This document shows positions 47,131-57,181 of a stretch of DNA of 64,000 nucleotides, piece after piece (position 1 is the stretch's first letter; each line of letters opens with the position of its first letter). This stretch comes from Angelakisella sp. (GTDB lineage Bacteria; Bacillota; Clostridia; Oscillospirales; Ruminococcaceae). The stretch lies in NCBI GenBank assembly GCA_036645835.1, contig JAVXNK010000004.1, positions 29,193 to 93,192 on the forward strand, read 5' to 3'. The position numbers and the translations under genes are program-made. Below the pieces are notes generated by a model that had not been told where the DNA came from, did no database searches, and worked only from the letters and a program-made list of their open reading frames with translations.

Positions 47131-47275
47131 AAAATCCACCCTCTATGTTTTAATGATTGGTTTACTGTTCTATAAATCAAAAGGATTCTAAATCAAACTT
47201 CGCATTTCCGCCGTTTTTAGCCGACTACATCTACACAGGAAGATAAGTCGAACCATCACAAAGGTTATACTAATT

Positions 47276-47641
47276 TCATTCAGACTTTAAGATTTCGTCA
47301 ATGTCAACACGTGGTGCATCGGCCCACAGACGTTCTATGCTGTAAAATTCACGAGTCTCCTTGTAGAAGATGTGTACAATAACATCGTAGTAATCCATGA
47401 GTATCCACAGGGCAGACTGTCCGCCCTCCACCTTTTTGGGTTCAATGCCCAGCTTTGAAAGCTGGTTCTCAACCTCTTCTGCCAATGCCTTTACCTGTGC
47501 ATTGCTGTTACCGGAAGCTACTACAAAGTAGTCGCCGATAGTGGTCAGGTCAGAAATCTTCATGGCGGTAATATCCACCGCCTGCTTGCTGTCCAGGGTT
47601 TTTACAATTTTCGAAACAAGCTGTTCAGGTTGTAAGTTCAC
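47276..47641 (-). CDS. rsfS: Ribosome silencing factor
   Basis: DYFVVASG, WILMDYYDVIVHIF and FYSIERLW motifs; GTG start after GGAGG. Confidence 0.93.
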   Translation of the reverse strand: MNLQPEQLVSKIVKTLDSKQAVDITAMKISDLTTIGDYFVVASGNSNAQVKALAEEVENQLSKLGIEPKKVEGGQSALWILMDYYDVIVHIFYKETREFYSIERLWADAPRVDIDEILKSE

Positions 47642-47738
47642 TCTAGTTCCTCCATCTTTTTTAGCATGCCATAAAACTGCGCATTTGCGCACATTCGTTG
47701 GCACATACGTAATAATAGCATCGCTGTTTTTTCATTCT

Positions 47739-48905
47739 TTATGATTGTTTTTTTCTGTATTCTGCAAGGGCTGCCCTAGTATATTCGCAGACAGCAAGTC
47801 CTCGCTTTTCCAAATCCTGCACGATGTACTCCAACGCATAGAGCATAGCCTCATTCTGTGAGCTATCCGCCAAACTACGCATAACCGCCACATCCGGGTA
47901 GTTTCGTTCTTCCGAAGTTAAGTCTGCAAGGTAGACAATCCGCTCCAGAAGCGACATTCCGGCTCTGGCAGTCGTGTGGTATCGCACAGCATTTATAATA
48001 TCATCGTCCGTAATGCCCAGCCTGTCCCGGATGTAAACTGCTCCTGCATAGCTGTGGAGCAGCTGAGGCTGTGCGGAAAAATCAATATTCACTATTGTAG
48101 CAGAAAGCGCAAGCATTTGCAACAAATGGTCGTTGGGCATATTTTTGCAGATATCATGGAGAATAGCCGCTGCAGCAGCCTTATTTTTATCGCCACCATA
48201 AAGCTGTGCCAAATGAACGGCCTGCCGTTCCACACAGACGCTATGATGATACCGCTGTGGGTTCATAAGGGATTTCGCTGTTTCCCGCAGCTGTGCAAGG
48301 CTATAACCACAGCCATAAAGCCCCTGCTGCCGAATATAATCCAGCACCTGGGCGGGAACCAATCCTTCTCCCCCGCCTTCTGCAAGAACCCGTCGCACCT
48401 GAGTGGAGGAAAGGGGCGTTACAGGATTCTCCATGACCTGTGAGGTAATGCCATCGGTGCACAAGCTTTGCTGCTGCTCTATAAGCTGCTGTCGGTCATC
48501 GGTCTCCCGGGAGGCCACCAGCAACGTAACGTATTTTCCTATGTCCCGCCACTGCCGCCACTGCCGAAAGGTAAGGAACATATCGCTGCCCATAAGCAGG
48601 AACAGGCGGTCGTTCGGGTACTGCTGTGACAGGTAGGTCACGGTGTCTATGGTGTAGCTTCGGCCTCCGCGGAGTAGCTCCCAGTCCAAAACTTCGACGT
48701 TGGGCAGTAGCTGGGCGGCAAGACGGCAGATTGCCAGCCTGTCTGTTCCCGGGGCCAACTCAGGGGCATCCTTGTGAGGAGGTGAAGCCGCGGGTATCAG
48801 CAAAACCTTATGAAACCCAAGCTGTTCCAAAACATAGCGGCATACGCCGACATGTCCGTTGTGTATAGGGTTAAAGGTCCCGCCATATATCACAATATCT
48901 GCCAT
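47739..48905 (-). CDS. nadD: Fused nicotinate-nucleotide adenylyltransferase NadD and YqeK-type HD-domain Ap4A hydrolase
   Basis: GGTFNPIHNGH, SYTIDT, GSD and LSST motifs, then RYHHS, ILHDICK, YHTT and ADL in a single ORF. Confidence 0.92.
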   Translation of the reverse strand: MADIVIYGGTFNPIHNGHVGVCRYVLEQLGFHKVLLIPAASPPHKDAPELAPGTDRLAICRLAAQLLPNVEVLDWELLRGGRSYTIDTVTYLSQQYPNDRLFLLMGSDMFLTFRQWRQWRDIGKYVTLLVASRETDDRQQLIEQQQSLCTDGITSQVMENPVTPLSSTQVRRVLAEGGGEGLVPAQVLDYIRQQGLYGCGYSLAQLRETAKSLMNPQRYHHSVCVERQAVHLAQLYGGDKNKAAAAAILHDICKNMPNDHLLQMLALSATIVNIDFSAQPQLLHSYAGAVYIRDRLGITDDDIINAVRYHTTARAGMSLLERIVYLADLTSEERNYPDVAVMRSLADSSQNEAMLYALEYIVQDLEKRGLAVCEYTRAALAEYRKKQS

Positions 48906-48941
48906 GTATATGACCATCCCTTTCTGGGAAATTGTTCCGCC

Positions 48942-49253
48942 TTACTTCTTAGCTGTCTTCTTCTCGGACAAATCAATGATGGGTTTTTTAATGTTTTTAC
49001 GGTAGAGGACAATCCTCTTTCCAATAATCTGAACAACTTCCGAACGGGTAGCGTCGGCCAGCTGCTGGGCAAGGTCCTTCGAGCCCTCGGGGGCAGTTTC
49101 CAGCACATGGAGCTTTACCAGCTCGCGGGCTTCTAGCGCATCATCTACCTGTGTAATCAGCTGATCGCCTATACCGCCCTTACCAATCTGTAAAATAGTC
49201 TCGGTGGTGTTTGCAATGCTCTTCAGCATAGCTCTTTGTTTTGATGTAAGCAA
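48942..49253 (-). CDS. yhbY: YhbY RNA-binding protein (CRM domain)
   Basis: LTSKQRAMLK, QIGKGG, ELVKL and QIIG motifs. Confidence 0.93.
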   Translation of the reverse strand: MLTSKQRAMLKSIANTTETILQIGKGGIGDQLITQVDDALEARELVKLHVLETAPEGSKDLAQQLADATRSEVVQIIGKRIVLYRKNIKKPIIDLSEKKTAKK

Positions 49254-49283
49254 TGTAGTTCTCCTCTTCGCTGCAAAGGACTT

Positions 49284-49871
49284 TTAACCTTTACGCATCT
49301 TCATTTCTTCTTCTAATATTCTCAGTGCCACACCCCTGTGGCTGATCGCATCCTTTTCCTCACCGGTAAGTTCGGCAAAGCTTTTCTCCCCTACCATAAA
49401 CAAGGGGTCGTAACCAAAACCGCCCATGCCTCTGGGTTCATAGCCAATCATGCCTTCGCAGGTTCCTTCACAGGCAATGACATCGTCCTTGCCCAGTATA
49501 CAGCAGATAGCACTGACAAACCGGGCGGTACGTTCGCTATCAGGTATTCCCTGCATATTGCGCAGCAGTTTGTCATTGCATGCTTTGTCGCTGTGGGGCT
49601 CCCCTGCATACCGTGCCGAGTATACACCCGGTTCACCGCTTAAGGCATCCACACAAAGTCCACTGTCGTCTGCTACGGTGGGCAGTCCCGTACGGGTAAA
49701 TATCTCAAAAGCCTTTTTATAGGCATTTTCGGCAAAGGTTGTGCCGTCCTCTTCCACCTCTATACCCGGGCAAACTTCATTCTGGGAAACTACATCGTAA
49801 CCCATAGGTGAAAGGATACGCCGAAATTCTACAAGCTTGTGTGCATTGTTGGTTGCAATTATCATCTTCAT
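49284..49871 (-). CDS. rdgB: dITP/XTP pyrophosphatase
   Basis: ATNNAHK, ADDSGL, PGVYSARY, FGYDPLF and ISHRG motifs. Confidence 0.96.
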   Translation of the reverse strand: MKMIIATNNAHKLVEFRRILSPMGYDVVSQNEVCPGIEVEEDGTTFAENAYKKAFEIFTRTGLPTVADDSGLCVDALSGEPGVYSARYAGEPHSDKACNDKLLRNMQGIPDSERTARFVSAICCILGKDDVIACEGTCEGMIGYEPRGMGGFGYDPLFMVGEKSFAELTGEEKDAISHRGVALRILEEEMKMRKG

Positions 49872-50776
49872 ACCCGACCCTCCTCAAAGAGCAATGCTGT
49901 GGCATAGTCGTAGGCAGAAAAGGGCTTTAGGTCGTCTATCTGCTCCCCTACTCCAATGAACTTGATGGGCAGCCCCAGCTGTTCCCGTATGGAGATGACC
50001 ACACCGCCCTTAGCAGTGCCATCCAGCTTGGTAAGGACAATGCCGGTAACACCGCAGGCTTCTGCAAAAAGCTTGGCCTGACTTAGGCCGTTCTGTCCTG
50101 TTGTGGCATCCAGAACAAGCAGTGTTTCCTTGCTGCTGTTGGGGGCCTCTCTCAGGATGATGCGGTTCATCTTGGAAAGCTCATCCATTAGGTTTTTCTT
50201 GTTGTGCAGCCGCCCTGCAGTATCGCAGATAATAACGTCTACGCCACGTGCCTTGCCTGCTGCAATGCTGTCAAAAACAACGGCGGCGGGGTCTGCGCCC
50301 TCGGCATGGTGCACCAGCTGACAGTTGTTGCGCTCTGCCCAAACACTCAGCTGTTCTCCTGCTGCGGCACGGAAGGTATCGGCAGCGCCCATAAGCACCG
50401 TTTTGCCCTCGCTTTGCAGGTGATGTGCCAGCTTGCCAATGGTGGTTGTTTTACCTACACCATTGACCCCCACCACCATAATAACGGTGGGCTTGCCGGA
50501 AAGGTCCAGCCCCACATCGGGAGAAAGTAGCTCCACAATGGTGTCCCGCAGTTCTGCCCGAAGCTGGGTGGCATCAATGCTTTTCTTCTTCATCTTTGCG
50601 CCCAGCATGGAACATATCTTGCCTGCGGTGGCTATGCTTACATCCGAAAGGATGAGTATTTCCTCCAGCTCCTCCAAGGTATCCTCGGTCAGCTTGCCGG
50701 AAAATCCGTCTATCTTCATAGACAGGTTGCTTCTGGTTTTTTTAAGACCTTTGGAGAAAAAATCAAAAAATCCCAT
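49868..50776 (-). CDS. ftsY: SRP receptor FtsY
   Basis: GVNGVGKTT, DTFRAAA, DTAGR, DATTGQN and TKLDGTAKGG motifs; start 50776. Confidence 0.97.
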   Translation of the reverse strand: MGFFDFFSKGLKKTRSNLSMKIDGFSGKLTEDTLEELEEILILSDVSIATAGKICSMLGAKMKKKSIDATQLRAELRDTIVELLSPDVGLDLSGKPTVIMVVGVNGVGKTTTIGKLAHHLQSEGKTVLMGAADTFRAAAGEQLSVWAERNNCQLVHHAEGADPAAVVFDSIAAGKARGVDVIICDTAGRLHNKKNLMDELSKMNRIILREAPNSSKETLLVLDATTGQNGLSQAKLFAEACGVTGIVLTKLDGTAKGGVVISIREQLGLPIKFIGVGEQIDDLKPFSAYDYATALLFEEGRV

Positions 50777-50839
50777 TGTAGATAGTGTCCTCCTCACATT
50801 GGTACTGAATAAAATTGGGTACAGATAGGGGGTAGCTTT

Positions 50840-53800
50840 CTATTTAAGATTGGTAAGCTTAAGCTTCTCTTCTAGCTCCGAAACATTGAGCCGAAGCAGC
50901 TTGGATACGCCTTCCTCCTCCATGGTGACACCGTACAGAACGTCGGCCTCTTCCATGGTGCCACGGCGGTGGGTAATGCAGATAAACTGTGTTTTTTCGG
51001 TCATCTTTCGCAGGTAACCCGCAAACCGTGTGACGTTTACATCATCCAGCGCCGCCTCTATCTCATCGATGAGAACAAAGGGCGCAGGGCTTACCTTGAG
51101 AATGGCAAAATAGATGCAGATGGCCACAAAGGCCTGTTCGCCGCCCGAAAGAGCCGACAGGTTTTTGATAATCTTGCCCGGAGGCTGCACAAAGATATCA
51201 ATGCCGGTTTCCAGCGGGTCGCTGGGGTCAGTAAGGCTTAGTTCACCCTTTCCGCCGCCAAACAGCTCCACAAATATTTCGGAGAAGTTCGCATTAATAG
51301 CGGTGAATTTCTCCATAAATAGGTTACTCATTTGGGCGGAGAGTTGGGTTATCATCTTGGTAAGTTCTGCCTTTGCCCGCTCCACATCATCTATCTGGGT
51401 TTTCATGAACTCGTAACGCTCGGCAACCTCCTTGTATTCCTCAATGGCTGCTACGTTTATGGGGCCCATGTTTTTCAGTTTGTTTTTCAGCTCCGAAAGT
51501 CGCCGCTGTGCAGCACCAAGGTCTGCTATGGGAATGGCAAGCTGGGTTGCTTCACTGCGTGCCAGCTCATATTCATCCCACATCTTGGAGACGATGGTGT
51601 CCGTTTCAGTGGATATGGAAAGTCGCCGTTCCTCCAGCCTTCCCAGCTCCAGCGACACCGTTTCCCGGCGGGAAGATGCTTCTTTTTCTTCCCGGCGCAG
51701 TTGTGCGGTCTGCTGCTCCAAGCTCTGTCGCTCGGCCTGTTTGGCATCTATTTCTTGCTGGCAGCGGTTTATCTGTTCCTTGCCTGCGGCGGTGCGCTGT
51801 GCCACTGCATCTATCTCGCCTTGCAGCTGCCTATTGGTTGCAGCAAGCTGCTCCACCTGCTGCCGCAGTCCATCTTGCTGGCTGGCACTGCCGGCTTTTT
51901 GCTCTACAAGGCTTTCCAAAGCCGAACGGTGCATCTGGCAGTCCTTTTCAAGCGAAGCCAACGCTATCTGCTGTTCGGAAAGCCGCTGTGTATAGGTTTC
52001 CATATCCACTACCAGGGCATCCCTCTTCTGGGTAGTGGCGGCTATTTCTGTTTCCACTTCGTTTAGGTTCTGGCTCATACGCTCTATCAGCTGCAGCGAA
52101 GAAAGTCCCTGTCCACGAAGCTCCTCCACACGGGTCTTTAACAAATCTATTTCCGCAAGGGCATTGTTGTTGCGTTCTTTTGCTTCGGCAAGTGCCATAG
52201 AAAGCCGCTTGCACTCGGCATTTGCAGCAATAAGGTCCTCCCCTGCTGTCCGTGCTTCGGCATTTATGCCTTCCAGTAGTGCCTCCATACCCGCAGTTTC
52301 CTGCCGAATGGCGGTTAACTGTTGTTCCAGCTTGTGTACTTCCTCGGTAAGCTCCTTGGCCTCGCTGCGCAGTGCTTCAATCTCATTTTTACGACTGAGG
52401 ATACTGCCGCTTTTACCTGCGGAACCGCCTGTAAGGGAACCGCCTGCGTTAATGACCTGTCCATCCAACGTAACCACGCGGTAACGGTTACCGCAAGCCT
52501 TACCAATAGCGATGGCTGCGTCCATGTCCTCCGCTATTATAGTTCTTCCCAAAACCGACTCAATAATGTTGCTGTAACATGCTTCGGCTGTTACCAAAGC
52601 AGATGCCACATTGATATATCCACGCAGCTTTATAAGGCTTGGCTCGTTTATACGGCTACCCTTAATGGTGCTTAGAGGCAGAAAGGTAGCGCGGCCTGCA
52701 TTCGCCTCTTTCAGCATAGCGATGGCACGCTTAGCCACAGTTTCATCAGACACCACCATATTCTGCATGGCAGCACCCAGTGCTATTTCAATGGCAGTGG
52801 CATAGTTTTCATCTACGTTTATAAGGGAGGAAACGGTGCCCATAACTCCACGGAGCGCACCTGCACTTACCCGCTTCATAATCAGCTTCACGCTTCCGGA
52901 AAAGCCCTCCATGCTCTGCTCCATATCGGTAAGCAGCTGCGCACGTTGCAGCTTCTCCCCTGCACTGCGCTCCAGGGAACGGATACGTGCCTCCAGACCT
53001 GCAGCCTTTTCTCTGCGTCCGCTTAGCTTTACTTCATAGCCGCCGGTGCTGTTCTTTAGTCCCTCTATAGTTTCGGCAAGCTCCTCGGCAAAGCTCTGTG
53101 CAGTGCGATATTCCTCCTTAAGGGTACTGAGCAGCTCGTCCTTTTGCTCGGTCTGGCTGCGGGCAGTCTCCAAACGGGCAACTGTTTCGGCCACCAGAGT
53201 TTCTGCCGTTTCTTTGGAAACCTGTGCACGGCTGATGCTGTCCCGAAGTTCCTCCCGTTGTGCGGAAAGGGACTTTAGGTGTGTTTCCAAGGACAGACGG
53301 TTCTGCTGTGCGCCCTCTCCGCCTGCAACCAGTTCGTCCAGTGCTGCGTGTGCCTTTGTCAGGCTGTCAGTATATTCGGCAAGCTCTTTACGAAGGGTTT
53401 CTATTCGTTCATCCATAGTCTGGGCAGTGGCAGTACTGGCAGCAAGCTGTGCCTCCAATGCTTCTATGGCAGATTCATTATGGGAAATATCATTTTGCTT
53501 CACCGCAACGGTTACCTGTGCGCCCGAAACAGCCTCCTGTAGGGTACGTATTTCATTGCGCTTGCGGTCTATGTAGATGAGAAAGTCCTGCTCTCGCTTT
53601 GAAAAGCTTTCCAGTTTCTCCTCTATGTCGTCCAGCTGCTTCTGTGCTGCAGCACGGTCACTGCGGGATATGAGCAGCTTGTCATCCAACTCTCGTAGCT
53701 GTACCCGAAGCTTTTCCAACTTTTCCAGCCACAGGGAAATTTCCAGTGACTTCTTCTCTTCCATAACCACTAAAAATTGCTTGGCCTTGTCCGCCTGTGC

Positions 53801-54418
53801 TTTCAGAGGAGCTACACGCCCTTCCAACTCGCCCATAATGTCCCGTAGGCGCACCAGATTTTCCTCCGACTGCATAAGTCTGCGCTCTGCCTCGCCTTTG
53901 CGATAGCGGAACTTGGAGATACCCGCCGCTTCCTCAAAGATTTCACGTCGCTGGTTGCTCTTGGCACTGACAATTTCGGCAATCTTGCCCTGCTCAATAA
54001 TAGAATAGCCATCCCGTCCAAGGCCGGTATCCATAAACATCTCATGGATATCCTTTAGCCGTACGGGGTTGTTGTTTACACGGTATTCGCTCTCACCGCT
54101 GCGGTAAAGCTTGCGGGTAATAATGACCTCGTCGCTGTCAATATCCAGCACCCGGTTGCTGTTTTCCACGGTAAGAGACACAGCTGTATAACCCTGTGCC
54201 TTACGGGTTTGGGTTCCTCCAAAGATGACATCCTCCATCTTTGCGCCACGGAGAGATTTCACCGATTGCTCGCCAAATACCCACTTAACAGCGTCACTGA
54301 CATTACTCTTGCCGCTGCCGTTGGGTCCTACGATGGCGGTTATGCCGTCTTCAAAGGATAGCTTGGTTCGGTCTGCAAAGGACTTAAAGCCCTGTAGTTC
54401 TATTCCCCGTAGCTTCAA
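50840..54418 (-). CDS. smc: Chromosome segregation protein SMC
   Basis: GPNGSGKSN, long coiled coils, hinge, LSGGE and IDEIEAALD motifs. Confidence 0.98.
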   Translation of the reverse strand: MKLRGIELQGFKSFADRTKLSFEDGITAIVGPNGSGKSNVSDAVKWVFGEQSVKSLRGAKMEDVIFGGTQTRKAQGYTAVSLTVENSNRVLDIDSDEVIITRKLYRSGESEYRVNNNPVRLKDIHEMFMDTGLGRDGYSIIEQGKIAEIVSAKSNQRREIFEEAAGISKFRYRKGEAERRLMQSEENLVRLRDIMGELEGRVAPLKAQADKAKQFLVVMEEKKSLEISLWLEKLEKLRVQLRELDDKLLISRSDRAAAQKQLDDIEEKLESFSKREQDFLIYIDRKRNEIRTLQEAVSGAQVTVAVKQNDISHNESAIEALEAQLAASTATAQTMDERIETLRKELAEYTDSLTKAHAALDELVAGGEGAQQNRLSLETHLKSLSAQREELRDSISRAQVSKETAETLVAETVARLETARSQTEQKDELLSTLKEEYRTAQSFAEELAETIEGLKNSTGGYEVKLSGRREKAAGLEARIRSLERSAGEKLQRAQLLTDMEQSMEGFSGSVKLIMKRVSAGALRGVMGTVSSLINVDENYATAIEIALGAAMQNMVVSDETVAKRAIAMLKEANAGRATFLPLSTIKGSRINEPSLIKLRGYINVASALVTAEACYSNIIESVLGRTIIAEDMDAAIAIGKACGNRYRVVTLDGQVINAGGSLTGGSAGKSGSILSRKNEIEALRSEAKELTEEVHKLEQQLTAIRQETAGMEALLEGINAEARTAGEDLIAANAECKRLSMALAEAKERNNNALAEIDLLKTRVEELRGQGLSSLQLIERMSQNLNEVETEIAATTQKRDALVVDMETYTQRLSEQQIALASLEKDCQMHRSALESLVEQKAGSASQQDGLRQQVEQLAATNRQLQGEIDAVAQRTAAGKEQINRCQQEIDAKQAERQSLEQQTAQLRREEKEASSRRETVSLELGRLEERRLSISTETDTIVSKMWDEYELARSEATQLAIPIADLGAAQRRLSELKNKLKNMGPINVAAIEEYKEVAERYEFMKTQIDDVERAKAELTKMITQLSAQMSNLFMEKFTAINANFSEIFVELFGGGKGELSLTDPSDPLETGIDIFVQPPGKIIKNLSALSGGEQAFVAICIYFAILKVSPAPFVLIDEIEAALDDVNVTRFAGYLRKMTEKTQFICITHRRGTMEEADVLYGVTMEEEGVSKLLRLNVSELEEKLKLTNLK

Positions 54419-54434
54419 CTATGCTTCTCTCCCT

Positions 54435-55442
54435 TTAGTCCAATTTATCCAGTAGAAACGCCTTGTCTGTCAAAGCGGTATCAGTATAGCAGCTTATATT
54501 GTAGCCGCTTTCCCGAAGTCTTGCAATATTTCTTTTCTTCTGCCCCGTCACCTGTGACCGCAGCCGAGGTGAGATGCGCAGAATGAAGTCTCGTCCGCCC
54601 ATACGCTCTATTTCATTTAAAAGTGCATGGTAGTACCGTTCTCCTGTGCAAAGCTCGCCCAGTGCAGGATGGTAGCATCCGCCCAAAACCTGCGCAGTAA
54701 GCGTTTCCGCTGCTTGTAAGCCAAGACGGATAACCTTGATGTGGTGTTCTTCAAAAAGCGCAAGCAGCCTTACACAAAGAGGAATGGTCTCCTCCACACC
54801 GGGCGGGCTGTACCGTCCTGCCCGCAGCTCCTCCGCTAGTCCGGTGCCTTCTAACACCACCGTTGGGTAAATACGCACCGTATCCGGAGAAAGAGCGCAT
54901 AAGGCAGATGCTGTGGCGTAGTCAGAGTTTTCATCGGCTCCATATAGTCCTGTCATCATCTGAAGTCCCAGAGAAAAGCCATATTCTCTGACAAGCTTAG
55001 CTGCTTTACATACATCCTCAGCCCTGTGTCCACGCCGGTTTAGGTGCAAAACCGCATCATCCATACTCTGTGCACCCAGCTCAATAGCAGTAACGCCATA
55101 CCTGCGCAAAATATCCAGCTGCGGGACGTCAATGGCATCGGGACGGGTGGATACTCGTATACCTTTTACTCTGCTGTCGGAAAGGAACGGCTGTACTGCC
55201 TCTAGAAGTTCTACCATATATTCACGGGAAATGGCAGTAAAGCTACCGCCGAAAAATGCAATTTCCACCTGCCCTATACGCTGCGGCAAGCCTTCCAGTG
55301 CGGTGCGGCAGATGCGGGCAGCTTCTAAGCCGGTAGGCGGCTGTTCAGTGCCCGATATGGTGCGCTGATTGCAGAAGCTGCACTGCTGTGGGCAACCGCT
55401 GTGTGGGACAAAGATAGCAATGTTACCTGACACTACACTCAC
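54435..55442 (-). CDS. Radical SAM protein (Elp3/MiaB-like superfamily, function unknown)
   Basis: CPQQCSFC, FFGGSFT, STRPD, IELGAQS and RIYPT motifs. Confidence 0.88.
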   Translation of the reverse strand: MSVVSGNIAIFVPHSGCPQQCSFCNQRTISGTEQPPTGLEAARICRTALEGLPQRIGQVEIAFFGGSFTAISREYMVELLEAVQPFLSDSRVKGIRVSTRPDAIDVPQLDILRRYGVTAIELGAQSMDDAVLHLNRRGHRAEDVCKAAKLVREYGFSLGLQMMTGLYGADENSDYATASALCALSPDTVRIYPTVVLEGTGLAEELRAGRYSPPGVEETIPLCVRLLALFEEHHIKVIRLGLQAAETLTAQVLGGCYHPALGELCTGERYYHALLNEIERMGGRDFILRISPRLRSQVTGQKKRNIARLRESGYNISCYTDTALTDKAFLLDKLD

Positions 55443-56103
55443 CCATTAGTTCCAGTGCTTCCTTGGCAGCCAACTGTTCAGCGCTCTTTTTACTATTGGC
55501 GGCACCCCTGCCTATTACATTGCTGTTTAGGTGAACTTCCACTTCAAAGGTCTTTTCATGGTCGGGGCCGTCCTCCCGTACCAGTACATAGGACACCTTT
55601 TCCTCTGGGTTCTTCTGCACAATCTCCTGCAGCATGGTTTTGTAGTCCACAAATGCATGCTTACGGCTTTGCTCCAGCTCTCTTATCGCAAAGCGCAGAA
55701 CAAACTTTGCAGCTTCCTCCATACCGCCATCCAGGTAGATAGCAGCTATGACTGCCTCAAAGGCATCGGAAAGGATAGACGCCCGTGTCCGTCCGCCCAT
55801 CTGCTCCTCACCCTTGCCAAGCAGAAGCGCATCACCCAGGTCTATCTCCTTGGCAAATTTGAAGAGCGACTTTTCACATACCAAAGAAGCTCTAATTTTG
55901 GTGAGGTCACCCTCGTCCAGGTGGTAGCGGTGGAAGATGTGGTTGGAAACTGCCAATGACAGTACCGCATCCCCCAAAAACTCCATCCGCTCATTGCACT
56001 CGGGGCGCTCCTTGGATTCGTTTGCGTAGGATGAGTGCGTAAGCGCCCGCTGTAAAAGCTTTTTGTTTTGGAAACTATATCCAATCTTCTCCTCGAAACT
56101 CAT
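55423..56103 (-). CDS. rnc: Ribonuclease III
   Basis: ALTHSS, NERMEFLGDAVL, DAFEAVIAA, plus a dsRBD. Confidence 0.97.
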   Translation of the reverse strand: MSFEEKIGYSFQNKKLLQRALTHSSYANESKERPECNERMEFLGDAVLSLAVSNHIFHRYHLDEGDLTKIRASLVCEKSLFKFAKEIDLGDALLLGKGEEQMGGRTRASILSDAFEAVIAAIYLDGGMEEAAKFVLRFAIRELEQSRKHAFVDYKTMLQEIVQKNPEEKVSYVLVREDGPDHEKTFEVEVHLNSNVIGRGAANSKKSAEQLAAKEALELMGECSVR

Positions 56104-56125
56104 AACTGCACCTCTATGTGATTTT

Positions 56126-57145
56126 TTATTCCTCGGTATTGGCAGTAGCATCCCCCATGGCAGCAAGTGCCTGTTCTATGGTGGGGATAATACCGCTTTC
56201 ATGGCAGAGCTTGGCCTGACGGATGGCATTCTTTATAGCCAGACCGTCAGAAGAACCGTGTGCCTTAATGACAGGCTTTCTGACACCCAGCAGCATTGCG
56301 CCGCCATGTTCCTTGTAGTCAAACTTATTTTTAAAGGATTTCATCTGTCCCGAAACAAGCACAGCTCCCAGCTTGGTAACAAAGCTTGCTAAAAACATAT
56401 CCTTCAGCTCATTCTTCAACATCTTACCCATACCCTCGGTAAGCTTTAGAATAATGTTTCCCGTGAAGCCGTCACAGATAGCCACATCGCAGCCGCCTAA
56501 GGGCAGTTCTCTGGCTTCCATGTTGCCCACATAGTTAAGCCCCGCAGTTTTTAGCAGCTTGTTGGTTTCTATCTGTAGGTCACCGCCTTTGGTATCCTCA
56601 GTGCCAATATTCACAAGGCCTACACGGGGGTTCTTAATACCGTGTACCTTGTTCATATAGATGGAGCCCATAACAGCAAACTGCCGCAGCATTTCAGGGC
56701 GGCATTCGGTATTTGCGCCGGAGTCGGCCAGCATGTAGCAGCCATTCTGGTTGGGGATAACAGCGGCAATGGCGGCACGCTTAATGCCCTTTATCCGCTT
56801 TGCAATAAAGGTAGAGCCAACAGCCAGTGCCCCTGTGCTGCCCGCACTGACAAAGGCATCGCCTTTGCCCTCGGCCAGCAGGGTAAAGCCCACCGCCATA
56901 GAGGAGTTTTTATACTGTTTCAGTAGCTTGGTGGGTTCCTCATCCACCGGTATTACATCGGGAGCATGTGCAATTTCAATGCCGGCAAGGCTGATATTTT
57001 CACTGCGGGCAGCCTGCTGTATTTTTTCCTCGTCGCCGGCGAGTATAACGGTAATGCCTAGTTCATCTACCGCCTGTCTGGCGCCTTTTATGATTTCCAG
57101 CGGTGCATTGTCACCGCCGAAGGCATCTACAATTACTCTTGTCAT
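56126..57145 (-). CDS. plsX: Phosphate acyltransferase PlsX
   Basis: DAFGGDNAP, VSAGSTGA, DGFTGNIILK and KAHGSS motifs. Confidence 0.96.
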   Translation of the reverse strand: MTRVIVDAFGGDNAPLEIIKGARQAVDELGITVILAGDEEKIQQAARSENISLAGIEIAHAPDVIPVDEEPTKLLKQYKNSSMAVGFTLLAEGKGDAFVSAGSTGALAVGSTFIAKRIKGIKRAAIAAVIPNQNGCYMLADSGANTECRPEMLRQFAVMGSIYMNKVHGIKNPRVGLVNIGTEDTKGGDLQIETNKLLKTAGLNYVGNMEARELPLGGCDVAICDGFTGNIILKLTEGMGKMLKNELKDMFLASFVTKLGAVLVSGQMKSFKNKFDYKEHGGAMLLGVRKPVIKAHGSSDGLAIKNAIRQAKLCHESGIIPTIEQALAAMGDATANTEE

Positions 57146-57181
57146 AACTTCACACGTTCCCTTCTTTATCCTGTTGGTTGT

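Noticed and set aside
47140-47275. GGTTCGACT motif and a 10-bp hairpin in the leuS leader, considered as a tRNA or T-box
   Set aside because: No cloverleaf, the T-stem does not pair properly, and there is no T-box consensus or terminator. The asnS leader is also too short for a T-box.
50840-54418. Q/E/A-rich quasi-repeats suggesting a repeat protein
   Set aside because: These are the normal SMC coiled-coil arms.
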